64,000 nucleotides of DNA from Deltaproteobacteria bacterium CG11_big_fil_rev_8_21_14_0_20_45_16 (GTDB lineage: Bacteria > Bdellovibrionota > UBA2394): positions 1,828-65,827 of the forward strand of contig PCXB01000072.1 of NCBI GenBank assembly GCA_002787535.1, in the 5' to 3' direction. Position 1 is the first letter of the stretch, and each line of letters starts with the position of its first letter. The notes below the pieces were generated by a model. That model had not been told where the DNA came from and searched no databases. It worked only from the letters and a program-made list of their open reading frames with translations. Of this stretch, positions 9,623 through 19,090 are shown one piece after another. A program made the position numbers and the translations under genes.

Positions 9623-10638
9623 ATGACCATCGAACTTAAAAGTTGATCTACATATTTGGGAAGGTCCGTACCGATCTTCCCAATTTTTTCTTCCGAGATG
9701 TTTAATTCTTTAAAGGCCTTCTGATGGGGAAGAATGATGGGGTCTTCTTCGTGGCCATAGCCAAAGTGGTGGCAGAGCAAATTGGAAAGATAGATCACGG
9801 TAGTTATAGGCATTTTATTAGGAGACAATTCTGGTTTATGGTGCCAGCGAATGGCTTCCATTATTTCGTTTGGGAGCTTCCATTTGGTGGCAACTAGAGC
9901 ACCTACTTGGGCGTGGGATTCTTCAAAAACAAAAGGCACAAGCACTTCTTCAAAGATCGAGTGAATTTTAGCGCTATCAGGACGGTAATTTTTTTTGGCG
10001 ATCGCTTCCTTTTGTTCAGGACTGCCCCATAGGCGTAGTTTTTTGTCTTCAGGGGATTCAGGTTTTGGTTTTTGCAGTTCAGTTTCCCATTGTGAAATGA
10101 CGTTGATAAGGACGGGCTTGCCAATATCGTGAACCAGGCCTGCGACAAAAGCGGTATCGGAATTGAGTCCCGCATATTTAGCTAAGATCTGCGCAATCGC
10201 GGCGCAGGCAACTGAGTGTTTCCAAATTTCTGCCAGGATCGGTTCATAGCCCTTAACTCGAAACACTTTAGAGTGGAGAGATAGTGAAAATACAATGTCT
10301 TTAAGAGTTTTTAATCCAATTCGGCTCATAGCATCTCTTAATGAGGTGACTTCCGATACGCCTCGAAAAAATGCGGAATTGGCGGTTTTAATTAGATGCC
10401 CGGCGATGACTTGATCTTGCTTAACGATTTTTTCGATTTCGATGAACCCAGCATTGGGGTTGTTGGCAAGTTGAAGAACCTGTGTCGCCACATGAGGCAG
10501 TAAAGGAATTTCAAAATTTTCTGAGGTGACGGCTTCTTTGACCCGCTGTTTGACAATTCGGATATAGGGTTCAAGACTATCGCTTTCATTTGCCTCAGCG
10601 TAACCCTTGCCATAATTTGCATCGGTCTTTTTTGTCAC
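9619..10638 (-). CDS. HDOD domain signalling protein
   Basis: 339 aa. HD-related core GLVHDIGKPVL and the typical HDOD N-terminal pattern LPHVATQVLQLANNPNAGFIEIEKIVKQDQVIAGHLIKTANSAFF. Confidence 0.75.
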   Translation of the reverse strand: MTKKTDANYGKGYAEANESDSLEPYIRIVKQRVKEAVTSENFEIPLLPHVATQVLQLANNPNAGFIEIEKIVKQDQVIAGHLIKTANSAFFRGVSEVTSLRDAMSRIGLKTLKDIVFSLSLHSKVFRVKGYEPILAEIWKHSVACAAIAQILAKYAGLNSDTAFVAGLVHDIGKPVLINVISQWETELQKPKPESPEDKKLRLWGSPEQKEAIAKKNYRPDSAKIHSIFEEVLVPFVFEESHAQVGALVATKWKLPNEIMEAIRWHHKPELSPNKMPITTVIYLSNLLCHHFGYGHEEDPIILPHQKAFKELNISEEKIGKIGTDLPKYVDQLLSSMVI

Positions 10639-10710
10639 AGGATGATCTTCTATTATGCCAAGAAACTAGAAATTGAGTGGAGCATCATTCATTAGAAGGC
10701 GCGTCAACTT

Positions 10711-11472
10711 GTGTCTAAGGGAAAAAAGAGATTCAATAGAAGAATGGCAGAGATCCGACTGATTGAGCTTTCGAATGAGCTGGAAGATGAGCTTATGGAG
10801 TCATTGGCTTCATGTGGCCTCAAGGCTGAGCCACTTCGGCCCGAAGTTGAAATCAAGGATTTGATTTCCGAGCGTACGGAGCTCGATTTTGTCTTTGGTA
10901 AAGTTAGCGAAGAGCTTAAGGGGCTTCTTGGGCAGCTTAAAGACGAGGCTTCAAAATCTCTTCGTATTATTTTGAGCCCTCACCGAGAGGTGATGAGCGC
11001 CGAAGATGCTTTTGACATCGGGGCGTCGGGCACGTTTGTAGCGCCTCACGATGCCTTTAGAATTTCAAAGTCCATTCAAAGTTTGTGCGCGCTCAGAGAT
11101 AGCGGTCGTGCGATGCGAGCACCGCGCTATCTTAGATTGAAATTGGATGGGAAAGAATTGGCCAAAGGAGATCTGATGAATCTGGCCAGGGGAGGATTTT
11201 TTGGCCTGGTTCAAGGCTGGGCGGGAGACTTGAATAAGGATTACGAATTTGAAATTGAGACCGAAACTTTTATGCCCATCAAGGGACACTGCCAGCTTCG
11301 GTGGCTCAAAAGCGGATTGGGGCAATTTGAAGGGCAAAACCACGAGTCTTCCACTGCGGACGCGGATGTCGGTCTTGGTTTTGCCTTTAAAGAAATTGAA
11401 GAGCGCTCAAAAGAGCATTTAAAATTATTTATATTTGAGCTTCAGGATCGAATTATCTACCCCGTCTCTTAG
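10711..11472 (+). CDS. Hypothetical protein with a PilZ-like C-terminal half
   Basis: 253 aa, GTG start (alternative ATG at 10744). RxxxR-like APRYLRL followed by DLMNLARGGFFG, which resembles the PilZ D/NxSxxG element. Weak call. Confidence 0.45.
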   Translation: MSKGKKRFNRRMAEIRLIELSNELEDELMESLASCGLKAEPLRPEVEIKDLISERTELDFVFGKVSEELKGLLGQLKDEASKSLRIILSPHREVMSAEDAFDIGASGTFVAPHDAFRISKSIQSLCALRDSGRAMRAPRYLRLKLDGKELAKGDLMNLARGGFFGLVQGWAGDLNKDYEFEIETETFMPIKGHCQLRWLKSGLGQFEGQNHESSTADADVGLGFAFKEIEERSKEHLKLFIFELQDRIIYPVS

Positions 11473-12149
11473 TTCAATTTGTTAAATGTCCACAGGCCTG
11501 GATTCAATAGAATTTCGTTGTTGGCACATCTGTTGTTGCTCGTCTTAACGATTCTAAAGCTTGCGTTCTTGGCGAGTAAGAAGCTGGACGGATATCTAAT
11601 ATTTCTCACTGTATCGTCCTTAAAAACCCGAACGACTGGAATCCAATTGGAGTCGTTGGGCCATTTGACTTGAATTTCGGCGGAGCAAAAGCTGTAAGGC
11701 TCTTCATTATCATTGCTGACAAATTGCAAATTTCCGTTAATCAAGATCGGGATCCCCGTATTGTTTACAATAGAATCATCGATTCCAAAGGCTTGCGGTC
11801 TAAGATCTGGCACGACGAATAGTGGTTTCGATGGATTTTTTACTCCGCCGTCGTTGCCAGCAGGTCCGACATCGCCCTTATCACCATTATCACCCTTCGC
11901 CCCATTTTCTCCGTTAGTGCCGTCGCTACCACGGCAATCGGCGACATTAATCTTGCCATCGCCATTGAGGTCCGTAAGGCCATCGTAACAATTGGCTCCA
12001 TGAGTGAGGCTCGTAGATCCCCCACTGCCGCCATCGAACGAGCTAACATTTGAGGATGCCGAAGGATCGGCATCATTGCCCGAGTTACAAGCTGACAGAA
12101 AAAGGATGGATAGGGATATGAATAATGAGTTTTTGGTTTGCACACGCAC
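11469..12149 (-). CDS. Lipoprotein with a Ca-binding-like loop and a short collagen-like G-X-Y run
   Basis: 226 aa. Lipobox LSILFLSAC. DLNGDGKINVAD loop. Nine G-X-Y triplets (GSDGTNGENGAKGDNGDKGDVGPAGNDGG). Beta-rich C-terminal domain. Confidence 0.65.
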   Translation of the reverse strand: MRVQTKNSLFISLSILFLSACNSGNDADPSASSNVSSFDGGSGGSTSLTHGANCYDGLTDLNGDGKINVADCRGSDGTNGENGAKGDNGDKGDVGPAGNDGGVKNPSKPLFVVPDLRPQAFGIDDSIVNNTGIPILINGNLQFVSNDNEEPYSFCSAEIQVKWPNDSNWIPVVRVFKDDTVRNIRYPSSFLLAKNASFRIVKTSNNRCANNEILLNPGLWTFNKLN

Positions 12150-12290
12150 CTCCGAACTCCATCCTTTGCAAGGAATGCACCGCCGGGGCTAAACGGGATC
12201 CAAACGATTGATCTCGTATGCCTATGAAAAAATTTTCGCAATTTTCTGGAAAGATCTGCGAGGAAGCTCTAGAAGAACTCAGGCAAATCT

Positions 12291-13343
12291 ATGTGGTTGA
12301 GGATCGGGGTTTTTGGCATTTTGGCTTCCTTTCTGCTGTGTCTGTTTACGACGGAAATAGCGGCAACGACCTGTCCTGCTGAATTTGCGCAACTCATTGA
12401 AATTGATAGGGAAGTAGAAAGTTTTCTTGATCGATTTCCCTATCATCCAAGTCCCATGACCTATCCCGATGCAAAGACTGGTGAATGGAAGACGATGAAT
12501 TTTGCTCAAACTCGAGAGCGGTGGATGGAGTTCATAAAAGCCCTGGCATTAGTCTCTTATCCGGCGGGTGAACCAGTCTATATAGAATTGGAAATGAATA
12601 ATCGCGGACGATATCGATTTCGACTGCAGGACAAATGGGTAGAAGGCTGGAGAAAGCTTGGGCTCATTACGCCGACCAATCACTTTAACCTGAATATTCG
12701 CCCTCAAGAAGTCGAAGAAAATTTTGATCGAATGGCGGCGTCCTTTGGCTTTCATACGGCGGTTCGATTTCATCGGGATTCGAGAGGTTTTGATCCGTCA
12801 TCTGTTTTCGCGCGATATTTAATTGGGGGCTACCTTCCATTTGATGATTTGCATGCGATGTTTTTTCATATGCCAGACATTTTAGATCCAGTTCGGCGGC
12901 GAGCCTTTATATTGGCCGAAAGATTTCTGATTTTAGAGGAAGCCGTTAAAAAGCGCTCCGCAGAATCCGATACTTCGAAACATGCACTTATATCGTTCAA
13001 TATAATAAATGGTTATTTTGAAGGGGCTTATTTGGCTCATGGAGATACGCTTTCCGGCTTTCTAAATTTCTTTAGCCCTAATACCCAGGATAGCTCGGTA
13101 ACAGAAGGTCCAAGCTTCAAAGAGAGACAATTATTTTTACAGAAGCTTTCGCAGAGCAAATTAGTTGAGATTGAGGCCGTTCTTCGACGTGAGCCGGTAT
13201 CTCTTCAGTATGAGGACGATTCTCATTGGGAACTCATGTTTTATGTGATGGATGTGATCGCTAGTCGATGGGTTGAGTTGGGTTTGCAGGCTGAGGGTCT
13301 TGAAGATTTTATTGGGGACGTCAGGAAGGCGCGATCAAATTGA
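12291..13343 (+). CDS. Secreted hypothetical protein (CPxEF / DDxH..F.HM family, paralog of 40007..40999)
   Basis: 350 aa. Signal peptide, then TTCPAEFAQL. Shares several short motifs with the 40007 gene. Confidence 0.6.
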   Translation: MWLRIGVFGILASFLLCLFTTEIAATTCPAEFAQLIEIDREVESFLDRFPYHPSPMTYPDAKTGEWKTMNFAQTRERWMEFIKALALVSYPAGEPVYIELEMNNRGRYRFRLQDKWVEGWRKLGLITPTNHFNLNIRPQEVEENFDRMAASFGFHTAVRFHRDSRGFDPSSVFARYLIGGYLPFDDLHAMFFHMPDILDPVRRRAFILAERFLILEEAVKKRSAESDTSKHALISFNIINGYFEGAYLAHGDTLSGFLNFFSPNTQDSSVTEGPSFKERQLFLQKLSQSKLVEIEAVLRREPVSLQYEDDSHWELMFYVMDVIASRWVELGLQAEGLEDFIGDVRKARSN

Positions 13344-13378
13344 TTTTTAGAGAAAGCAAACGAGCAGATAATTGAGAA

Positions 13379-14308
13379 CTACCGCTGCCTTTTGATACTA
13401 TGAGATACGCTACCCGATTTACGTCTGTATTTGAGCTTAGTATTGCGTAGGGCTCGATAAGGCACTCTCAGATGGGCCGGAAGTTTTTCGGATTCGACGC
13501 TCTTCTCAGGGACGACGAGTTCTGAGCCATCGGCGAGCTTCAAGATAAGACCTTTTCGACTATCTTTCTTAAATGATTTTAGCTCATTGAGCTGAATTTG
13601 TTTATTACCAAGCTGAAAGCTTTGAGACTTTGTTTCCGGAGGATTGAGATTTTTTAGGACTAAATCTTGCGCTACATAAATATTGACGCTGATCATTGCG
13701 ACTAGGCAGGCAATTTGTATATAAATTCTCTGCTTTCGTTTTCGTTCTTTCTCTTTTTCTAATCTAGATTTTTCAAGTCTCTCTATACTGGCTTTTGCCG
13801 CGGATGGGTTAATGACTTGTTGGCCAGGCGGCAAAATGTCTCGGATAAATTCTTCAAGTTCCGCTCTAATATCCGAACTCATTTCAATAAATTGAAGTCC
13901 AAGACCATCTTCGGCCTGTCGGCATACTTTCGCCTTTAGTTGAAATTTTTTGGGAACACCTTTGACGGAAACCGTAAAATCAACGGGAAGGATACTGCCA
14001 ATTTCTCGTTTGAGATTTGTTTTTACAAACAATCCTCCCAAAGAAATGTTTTGAATATACTGACGGGCAAATTGAACTTCGCTGGTAAAATTTAGATTAA
14101 GCTCAGCGCTCGAGTTTTCAGCTCGATTAAATTCGCGGCGACTTTCAAATAATTTTCTTTGTCTTTCGGCTTCGAGTGCCTCTGGCAAGGCTTTGAGTTC
14201 AAATTTCTCGTGTTCCTGCGGAGCTTCAATCACAGGAAGATCTTCTGACTCTATGAGGTCATTAATAAAATCGAGTCCCGTCTTAGGATTTTTGTTGGTG
14301 TCGCTCAA
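13379..14308 (-). CDS. PilZ domain protein with a C-terminal membrane anchor
   Basis: 309 aa. RREFNR (RxxxR) about 30 aa before QNISLGGLFV (D/NxSxxG). TM segment IYIQIACLVAMISVNIYVA. 4-nt overlap with the upstream pseudopilin gene. Confidence 0.7.
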   Translation of the reverse strand: MSDTNKNPKTGLDFINDLIESEDLPVIEAPQEHEKFELKALPEALEAERQRKLFESRREFNRAENSSAELNLNFTSEVQFARQYIQNISLGGLFVKTNLKREIGSILPVDFTVSVKGVPKKFQLKAKVCRQAEDGLGLQFIEMSSDIRAELEEFIRDILPPGQQVINPSAAKASIERLEKSRLEKEKERKRKQRIYIQIACLVAMISVNIYVAQDLVLKNLNPPETKSQSFQLGNKQIQLNELKSFKKDSRKGLILKLADGSELVVPEKSVESEKLPAHLRVPYRALRNTKLKYRRKSGSVSHSIKRQR

Positions 14309-15465
14309 TTGAGTGCCTCAGTATTTTGAAATCCAACATAAAAACTAGTATCTAGTCTTGGGTATGCATCTGCCTCTACCGTATCCGTCAAAGGATTGTC
14401 ATAGGTGCTACCATCGGTTCGGGATCGAGTGCTCTTAAATACGATTCGAGCGGTGACACCACGAATATCTTCCATGCCGTCATTTGCTTCATCTGCACCA
14501 TCGAATGTCATGGTTCGATTATGTTGGACGAATCCACTTGAGCTGAGAGTTACGGGATAGAACTGAACGCCATCAACCGTTGCATCAATTAACTGCCAGT
14601 CTTGATAACCCTCAGGGTCTGCGGCGGTCGGAATGATTTCTCTGCGATAAAGACCCTTAGCGTGTTCACCAGATCCATCGTCAAAGGCCCATTCGACTAG
14701 TTTAATAGGGTAGATGCGCGCGTAATTTGAGTATCCAGATAAACCAAGTCCACCAGGTTGATTAAACAAATTGTCGGTACTTAACGCATCGATTTGTACT
14801 TCAACCCCCTCGTCCACGACAACATCAGTGGCTTGAAAAACATTCGTATACTGAAGATAATCATCCGCCGTATACGAATAGGGATCTTCGTCGAACATCT
14901 CGACGAGTGCATAGAGTTGGCCGTCCTGAATTAGATCTTCGCATTCGGGTCCTGCCCACAATCGCTCGGCCTCTCCGCCGACTTCATCCGTTACGGACGG
15001 GTTAACACTTTGTTCTTTTGACAATGTACAATTGAATGATCCTTCAAAGTCATACAAAGCAAAGCGAATGGCATCGCTTGCATACGTCAGGTCTTCAACG
15101 TTGGCCTCAAGATTGGCCGGAGCCAACAAATCCGTAGCTTCATTCAAATCTGAATAACCCGCTCCTGGATAGATCATAAAGCCAGAGGGAATTTTAACAT
15201 CCGCGCAGGGTCGATCAACATCTCTATTGGGGCCTGGTTTTTCTACGCAACTTGGTTGGATATAGACCGCGTTTTTTAGGTCTTCATTAAACAATCGTTT
15301 AACGATTTCTGAGCGTTGTAGGTTGGCTTCAGTTGCTTCGCTGGCTAACATCGTTGCCTGTTGCCGTTTGAGGTATTGCGCAATCTCTAATCCCAAGAAC
15401 GATATGAGCGTAATAGCAATCATTAGTTCGATTAAGCTAAATCCACTAGTAAATTTTCTTTTCAT
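14305..15465 (-). CDS. Prepilin-type N-terminal cleavage/methylation domain protein (large minor pseudopilin)
   Basis: 386 aa. Classic class III signal MKRKFTSG/FSLIELMIAITLISFL. Large acidic extracellular domain. Confidence 0.8.
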   Translation of the reverse strand: MKRKFTSGFSLIELMIAITLISFLGLEIAQYLKRQQATMLASEATEANLQRSEIVKRLFNEDLKNAVYIQPSCVEKPGPNRDVDRPCADVKIPSGFMIYPGAGYSDLNEATDLLAPANLEANVEDLTYASDAIRFALYDFEGSFNCTLSKEQSVNPSVTDEVGGEAERLWAGPECEDLIQDGQLYALVEMFDEDPYSYTADDYLQYTNVFQATDVVVDEGVEVQIDALSTDNLFNQPGGLGLSGYSNYARIYPIKLVEWAFDDGSGEHAKGLYRREIIPTAADPEGYQDWQLIDATVDGVQFYPVTLSSSGFVQHNRTMTFDGADEANDGMEDIRGVTARIVFKSTRSRTDGSTYDNPLTDTVEADAYPRLDTSFYVGFQNTEALN

Positions 15466-16190
15466 GCAATTACCTCTTCCTGCAGGTTTTTAAACTTTCC
15501 AATCTGTAAAAAGAAATATTTGAGTAGAGCTACTCCCATGAACATAAAACCCCAAAGTTCTAGCATTTCTTCTGTGGTTTTTGAGAAGTGCAAAAGATCA
15601 CCGGGATCCATATGCAACATGGCTCCGGCAGGAACATAAAATAAATCATCCAAACCTTCACAGAAATCCATACCCTGAGATATCACTATGAGTAGTATGC
15701 TGATCCAGACAAATTTGAACAGATTTCGAGATCTAAATTCTTGAAGTAAGAAGATAAACATCGCCAGGCCTGCTGTTCCATAAACTACCCCAAAACTTAT
15801 TTGCCAGGCAAAGCTTGGATACCAAGGAAACAAACTCTGAAGACCTGAACCCATTCGTTCGTGCAGCTTCGTTCCATCGTCTAGAGCGAGTTGAAAAAAA
15901 AGAGCCCCAACGCCAATCCATGCCCACACTTTCCAACGTGGGAGATTCAACTTGGATACGACAAATGCATTTAGGAACGCGATGCATGCCAAGGACACTT
16001 GAATGATACTCGAAATCCAGTTGGACAAGCTATCTTCCCTTGTCATATTGAAAAATTTTCTAAGGTCTCGACTTGGAAGCCACTGTGAATAATTCAATGT
16101 TGCGTCGGCAAGGAATAAAAATATTGAGACGCTAAAAATGCACAAAGCAAACGCCCGAATAATTTTTGTTGAGTTCATTTTTAGTGTCAT
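15462..16190 (-). CDS. Polytopic membrane protein, unknown function
   Basis: 242 aa with about 6 hydrophobic segments. 4-nt overlap with the downstream pseudopilin gene. Confidence 0.7.
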   Translation of the reverse strand: MTLKMNSTKIIRAFALCIFSVSIFLFLADATLNYSQWLPSRDLRKFFNMTREDSLSNWISSIIQVSLACIAFLNAFVVSKLNLPRWKVWAWIGVGALFFQLALDDGTKLHERMGSGLQSLFPWYPSFAWQISFGVVYGTAGLAMFIFLLQEFRSRNLFKFVWISILLIVISQGMDFCEGLDDLFYVPAGAMLHMDPGDLLHFSKTTEEMLELWGFMFMGVALLKYFFLQIGKFKNLQEEVIA

Positions 16191-16485
16191 CGCAAATACC
16201 CTAGATACTATTTAATTATAGCGCATCGAAGGAGGCTTGGAGTTGTGTTGTAGAACCTGAAAGTTCCGGGGGTTCGTTGGGCTAGAATCTTGTCAATTTT
16301 TCAACATAAGTGCTGAAAGTTATAGGCCTTTTGCAGGCAACTTTTTTTACAATGGCCATCATTGGTGGTGACAATATTTGAAACCCCGTCTGTTTTTTGA
16401 CGGCATTTTTAGGGCGCTGCATTGCTGGTAGGCTTTTAATAAGCGTACTTAGTTTTATAGGTCTCAATTCTAGGGAGCATTTTGT

Positions 16486-16968
16486 ATGAAACGTATTTTA
16501 TTTTCACTTAGTTTGATACTTTGTTATGGCCTCTTTATGATGCCCGTTGGCGCGAAGAGTGATCATAGTAATGACGATCATTCCTCGGGTGGGCAAAATA
16601 ATAATAGGAACTCGAGTAATAGTTCGCACGATGAAGATGACGATAATTCGGCTCACGTTGGAAGTGGTGCCAACGATAATGATGACAATAGTATCGATGC
16701 GGACGATAATGGCGCGAACACCCATGCGGACCACGGGTCATCGGATAATGTTCGTCTCTGTCACGTACCTCCTGGAAATCCAGCGGCAGCTCATACTATT
16801 AATGTCGGAGCAAGCGCAGTGAATACACATCTCACGCAGCATGCTGGGGATGCTCTGGGTGACTGCGTCTCCTCAGCCGACAACTGTGCGGACTGTGCCT
16901 ATACCGCAGCCGATCACGAATCTGGCGGATGTGCTATAACCTTGGAGTGCGGAATTAGAATTAAGTAG
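16486..16968 (+). CDS. Secreted Asp/Asn/His/Ser-rich low-complexity protein with a Cys-bracketed C-terminal module
   Basis: 160 aa. Signal peptide. About 70 aa of D/N/H/S low complexity. Then LCHVPPGNPAAAHTINVGASAVNTHLTQHAGDALGDC and a further 5 Cys. Confidence 0.65.
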   Translation: MKRILFSLSLILCYGLFMMPVGAKSDHSNDDHSSGGQNNNRNSSNSSHDEDDDNSAHVGSGANDNDDNSIDADDNGANTHADHGSSDNVRLCHVPPGNPAAAHTINVGASAVNTHLTQHAGDALGDCVSSADNCADCAYTAADHESGGCAITLECGIRIK

Positions 16969-16996
16969 TGAATCGCTCAGAATCGGGGGGCAGCTG

Positions 16997-19048
16997 ATGC
17001 TTTTTATTAAGTCACGATCGAAGGCGACAAGAGCTAGCGCCATTTTAACAGTGGTCCTTGTCACGGCCATCGGTCTGATTGCGACCGTTGTCTTTTTGAA
17101 AAAGGCGAGCTTTTTTATGTCCTTGGCGGGTATCAATAAGGATGCGCTTGATTCCAAACTGCAAATGGAATCGGCTCGGGAACAGGCGATCGCCAAAATC
17201 CATCGTGCGGTAGATGATTTGGTTCTTGAATCTAAGCTCAGATGGGTTGGCGGCCCCGAAACAGAAACTTTTAACGAAATCTCCAATACCTACGCCACTG
17301 ATGCAAGTACCGGGCTTGATTTTATAAGAGCTAGTGTGAATGCACAGGCTTATTCTGGAGATGGCGTCTTAGATGAAGATAATGAGTTTGCAGATTTCGA
17401 TACAGCCTTTCCGAGTGAGTGGATGGACCCCGATGATACGGATTCAAATTATCTTCAAGTCAAATATACAATCAACGCTTTAAAACCAGTTGTAGAAATT
17501 AGTCCGCAGCTTATTCGATTTGAATATGAATTTATTGTTCAAACTCGTGCTTGGGGCTCTGAGAAATTTTCAACATCCGAACAAACAGATGGGTTGGTTG
17601 TGGTCCTAACTGTAAGGGGAGCACCGTTTTCGCAGTGGGCCTTGTTTCTTGACTCCATGTACAATCAGGGCGCCGGAATCTTGACTTTCGCCGGCGGAGA
17701 TTCCTCAAGTCAGGCGCAGGAGGTTTATTTGGGTCCAGTTCATGTCAATGGCATTCCGTTTTTCTATGGGAGTCCGGTATTTAATGAAATTTTTAGATCA
17801 GGTGCCGACTATGGCGATTGGGCCTTCTTGACGGGTACCGACTACACTGGAACTCCAGACTTTGTTTCAGGCTATCAAGATAACTACCCGGAAGTTAGTT
17901 TGCCCACGGATATCTTTAATACGACTCGCTTGGCCGCTGGGGATACTTCGAACACAGCTGCTACGGATAATACGGCTGTAACGAATTCGAATCTTAGAGA
18001 TTGGCTGCATTACTATGCCGGGGGAACAATGACGGCAAATTCCGACCCACTGCCGGCGGGAATATATGTGCCTTACGATGATCCTTCAGACTTGAGGCCA
18101 ACGGGAGGAATATTTGTCGAAGGAGATGCCGTTGTTGAGCTCGATGTCGTGCGCGGTTCAGAAGATTTCAATTCAACTCAGTGGGCGGGTATTGATTCCG
18201 AGCATCAGGGCTGTCGATTTCAAAAAATCGCCATCGACCATTTAACGACAGGAGTTGACTCAAGTGATGTCTATATCGGGACAAAAGACAGTTGTGATAT
18301 CACCTATGTTTTTAACGGTGTGTCAGGGACGCCAACGATTCTCAATAGTCGTCTAAATGGTGTGGTTCATGTCGAAGGGGCAATCGATGAGTTGAGTGGT
18401 ATTAGTCGAAATCAGGCAGCTATCGCGAGAGACTTTGCTATGAATATCGCGGCGCAAGGCGATATCCGTATACGAAACGATATCCAATACGAGGATGCCC
18501 AATATGTTGAAGTTCAGGGTGATGGAACCTTAGGATCAACGGTTGTTGCAGATCCGACAGGAGAAGTCGGTGGTTCTGGGATTGCTCAGACAGATACCAA
18601 TGTGGGTGCGATAATTGATGAAGAATCCAAAACTGTTTTGGGAATCATGTCGATCAAGCGAAATGTCCTTGTTCATTTGGATGCACCTGCGGATATGAAT
18701 GTTCATGCGGCGATATTTGCAGGTAACAGTGAGTACTATGATGCTGTCACCGGCTATGGTTGCGGGGAGAATGTTGCTAATAAATCAGGTTGTGGATTTG
18801 GCTATGAGGGCTGGAATAGTGAAGAAGGCAAGGGTCACTTAAAATTATTGGGTGGAATTTCGGAGTACAAGAGTCAGACTCTAGGAGTTCTTTCAACGCC
18901 GCAAAAAGGTTATTCGAGTCGCTATGTTTACGATACACGACTTCAAAGTCGTATTTCACCTCCTGCCTTTCCTGTGTCGGACCAGCCTCAAATCTACTCG
19001 GCTGTTTATCCTTTAAGAACGCTTCGAGTGGCGAATAATTCGAATTAA
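16997..19048 (+). CDS. Large extracellular protein with a PilX-N-like membrane anchor
   Basis: 683 aa. N-terminal RASAILTVVLVTAIGLIATVVFL anchor as in PilX-type minor pilus proteins. The rest has no motif I can name. GGGGGG RBS upstream. Confidence 0.75.
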   Translation: MLFIKSRSKATRASAILTVVLVTAIGLIATVVFLKKASFFMSLAGINKDALDSKLQMESAREQAIAKIHRAVDDLVLESKLRWVGGPETETFNEISNTYATDASTGLDFIRASVNAQAYSGDGVLDEDNEFADFDTAFPSEWMDPDDTDSNYLQVKYTINALKPVVEISPQLIRFEYEFIVQTRAWGSEKFSTSEQTDGLVVVLTVRGAPFSQWALFLDSMYNQGAGILTFAGGDSSSQAQEVYLGPVHVNGIPFFYGSPVFNEIFRSGADYGDWAFLTGTDYTGTPDFVSGYQDNYPEVSLPTDIFNTTRLAAGDTSNTAATDNTAVTNSNLRDWLHYYAGGTMTANSDPLPAGIYVPYDDPSDLRPTGGIFVEGDAVVELDVVRGSEDFNSTQWAGIDSEHQGCRFQKIAIDHLTTGVDSSDVYIGTKDSCDITYVFNGVSGTPTILNSRLNGVVHVEGAIDELSGISRNQAAIARDFAMNIAAQGDIRIRNDIQYEDAQYVEVQGDGTLGSTVVADPTGEVGGSGIAQTDTNVGAIIDEESKTVLGIMSIKRNVLVHLDAPADMNVHAAIFAGNSEYYDAVTGYGCGENVANKSGCGFGYEGWNSEEGKGHLKLLGGISEYKSQTLGVLSTPQKGYSSRYVYDTRLQSRISPPAFPVSDQPQIYSAVYPLRTLRVANNSN

Positions 19049-19090
19049 ATCAAAACTAGAAAGAGATTTGCTGTCTGCGGTTTAATTTAA

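Noticed and set aside
11713-12241. ORFs 11713..11988 (+) and 11840..12241 (-) overlapping the collagen-like lipoprotein gene.
   Set aside because: These are open frames produced by the GC-rich Gly/Pro-type repeat DNA. The frame with the lipobox and G-X-Y periodicity is the coherent one.
16504-16822. Three extra ORFs (16504..16734 -, 16535..16741 -, 16547..16822 +) overlapping the Asp/Asn/His-rich gene.
   Set aside because: They are stop-free by-products of GAT/AAT/CAT-type repetition. They encode Ile/Val/Arg/Thr low complexity, with no start context or signal.
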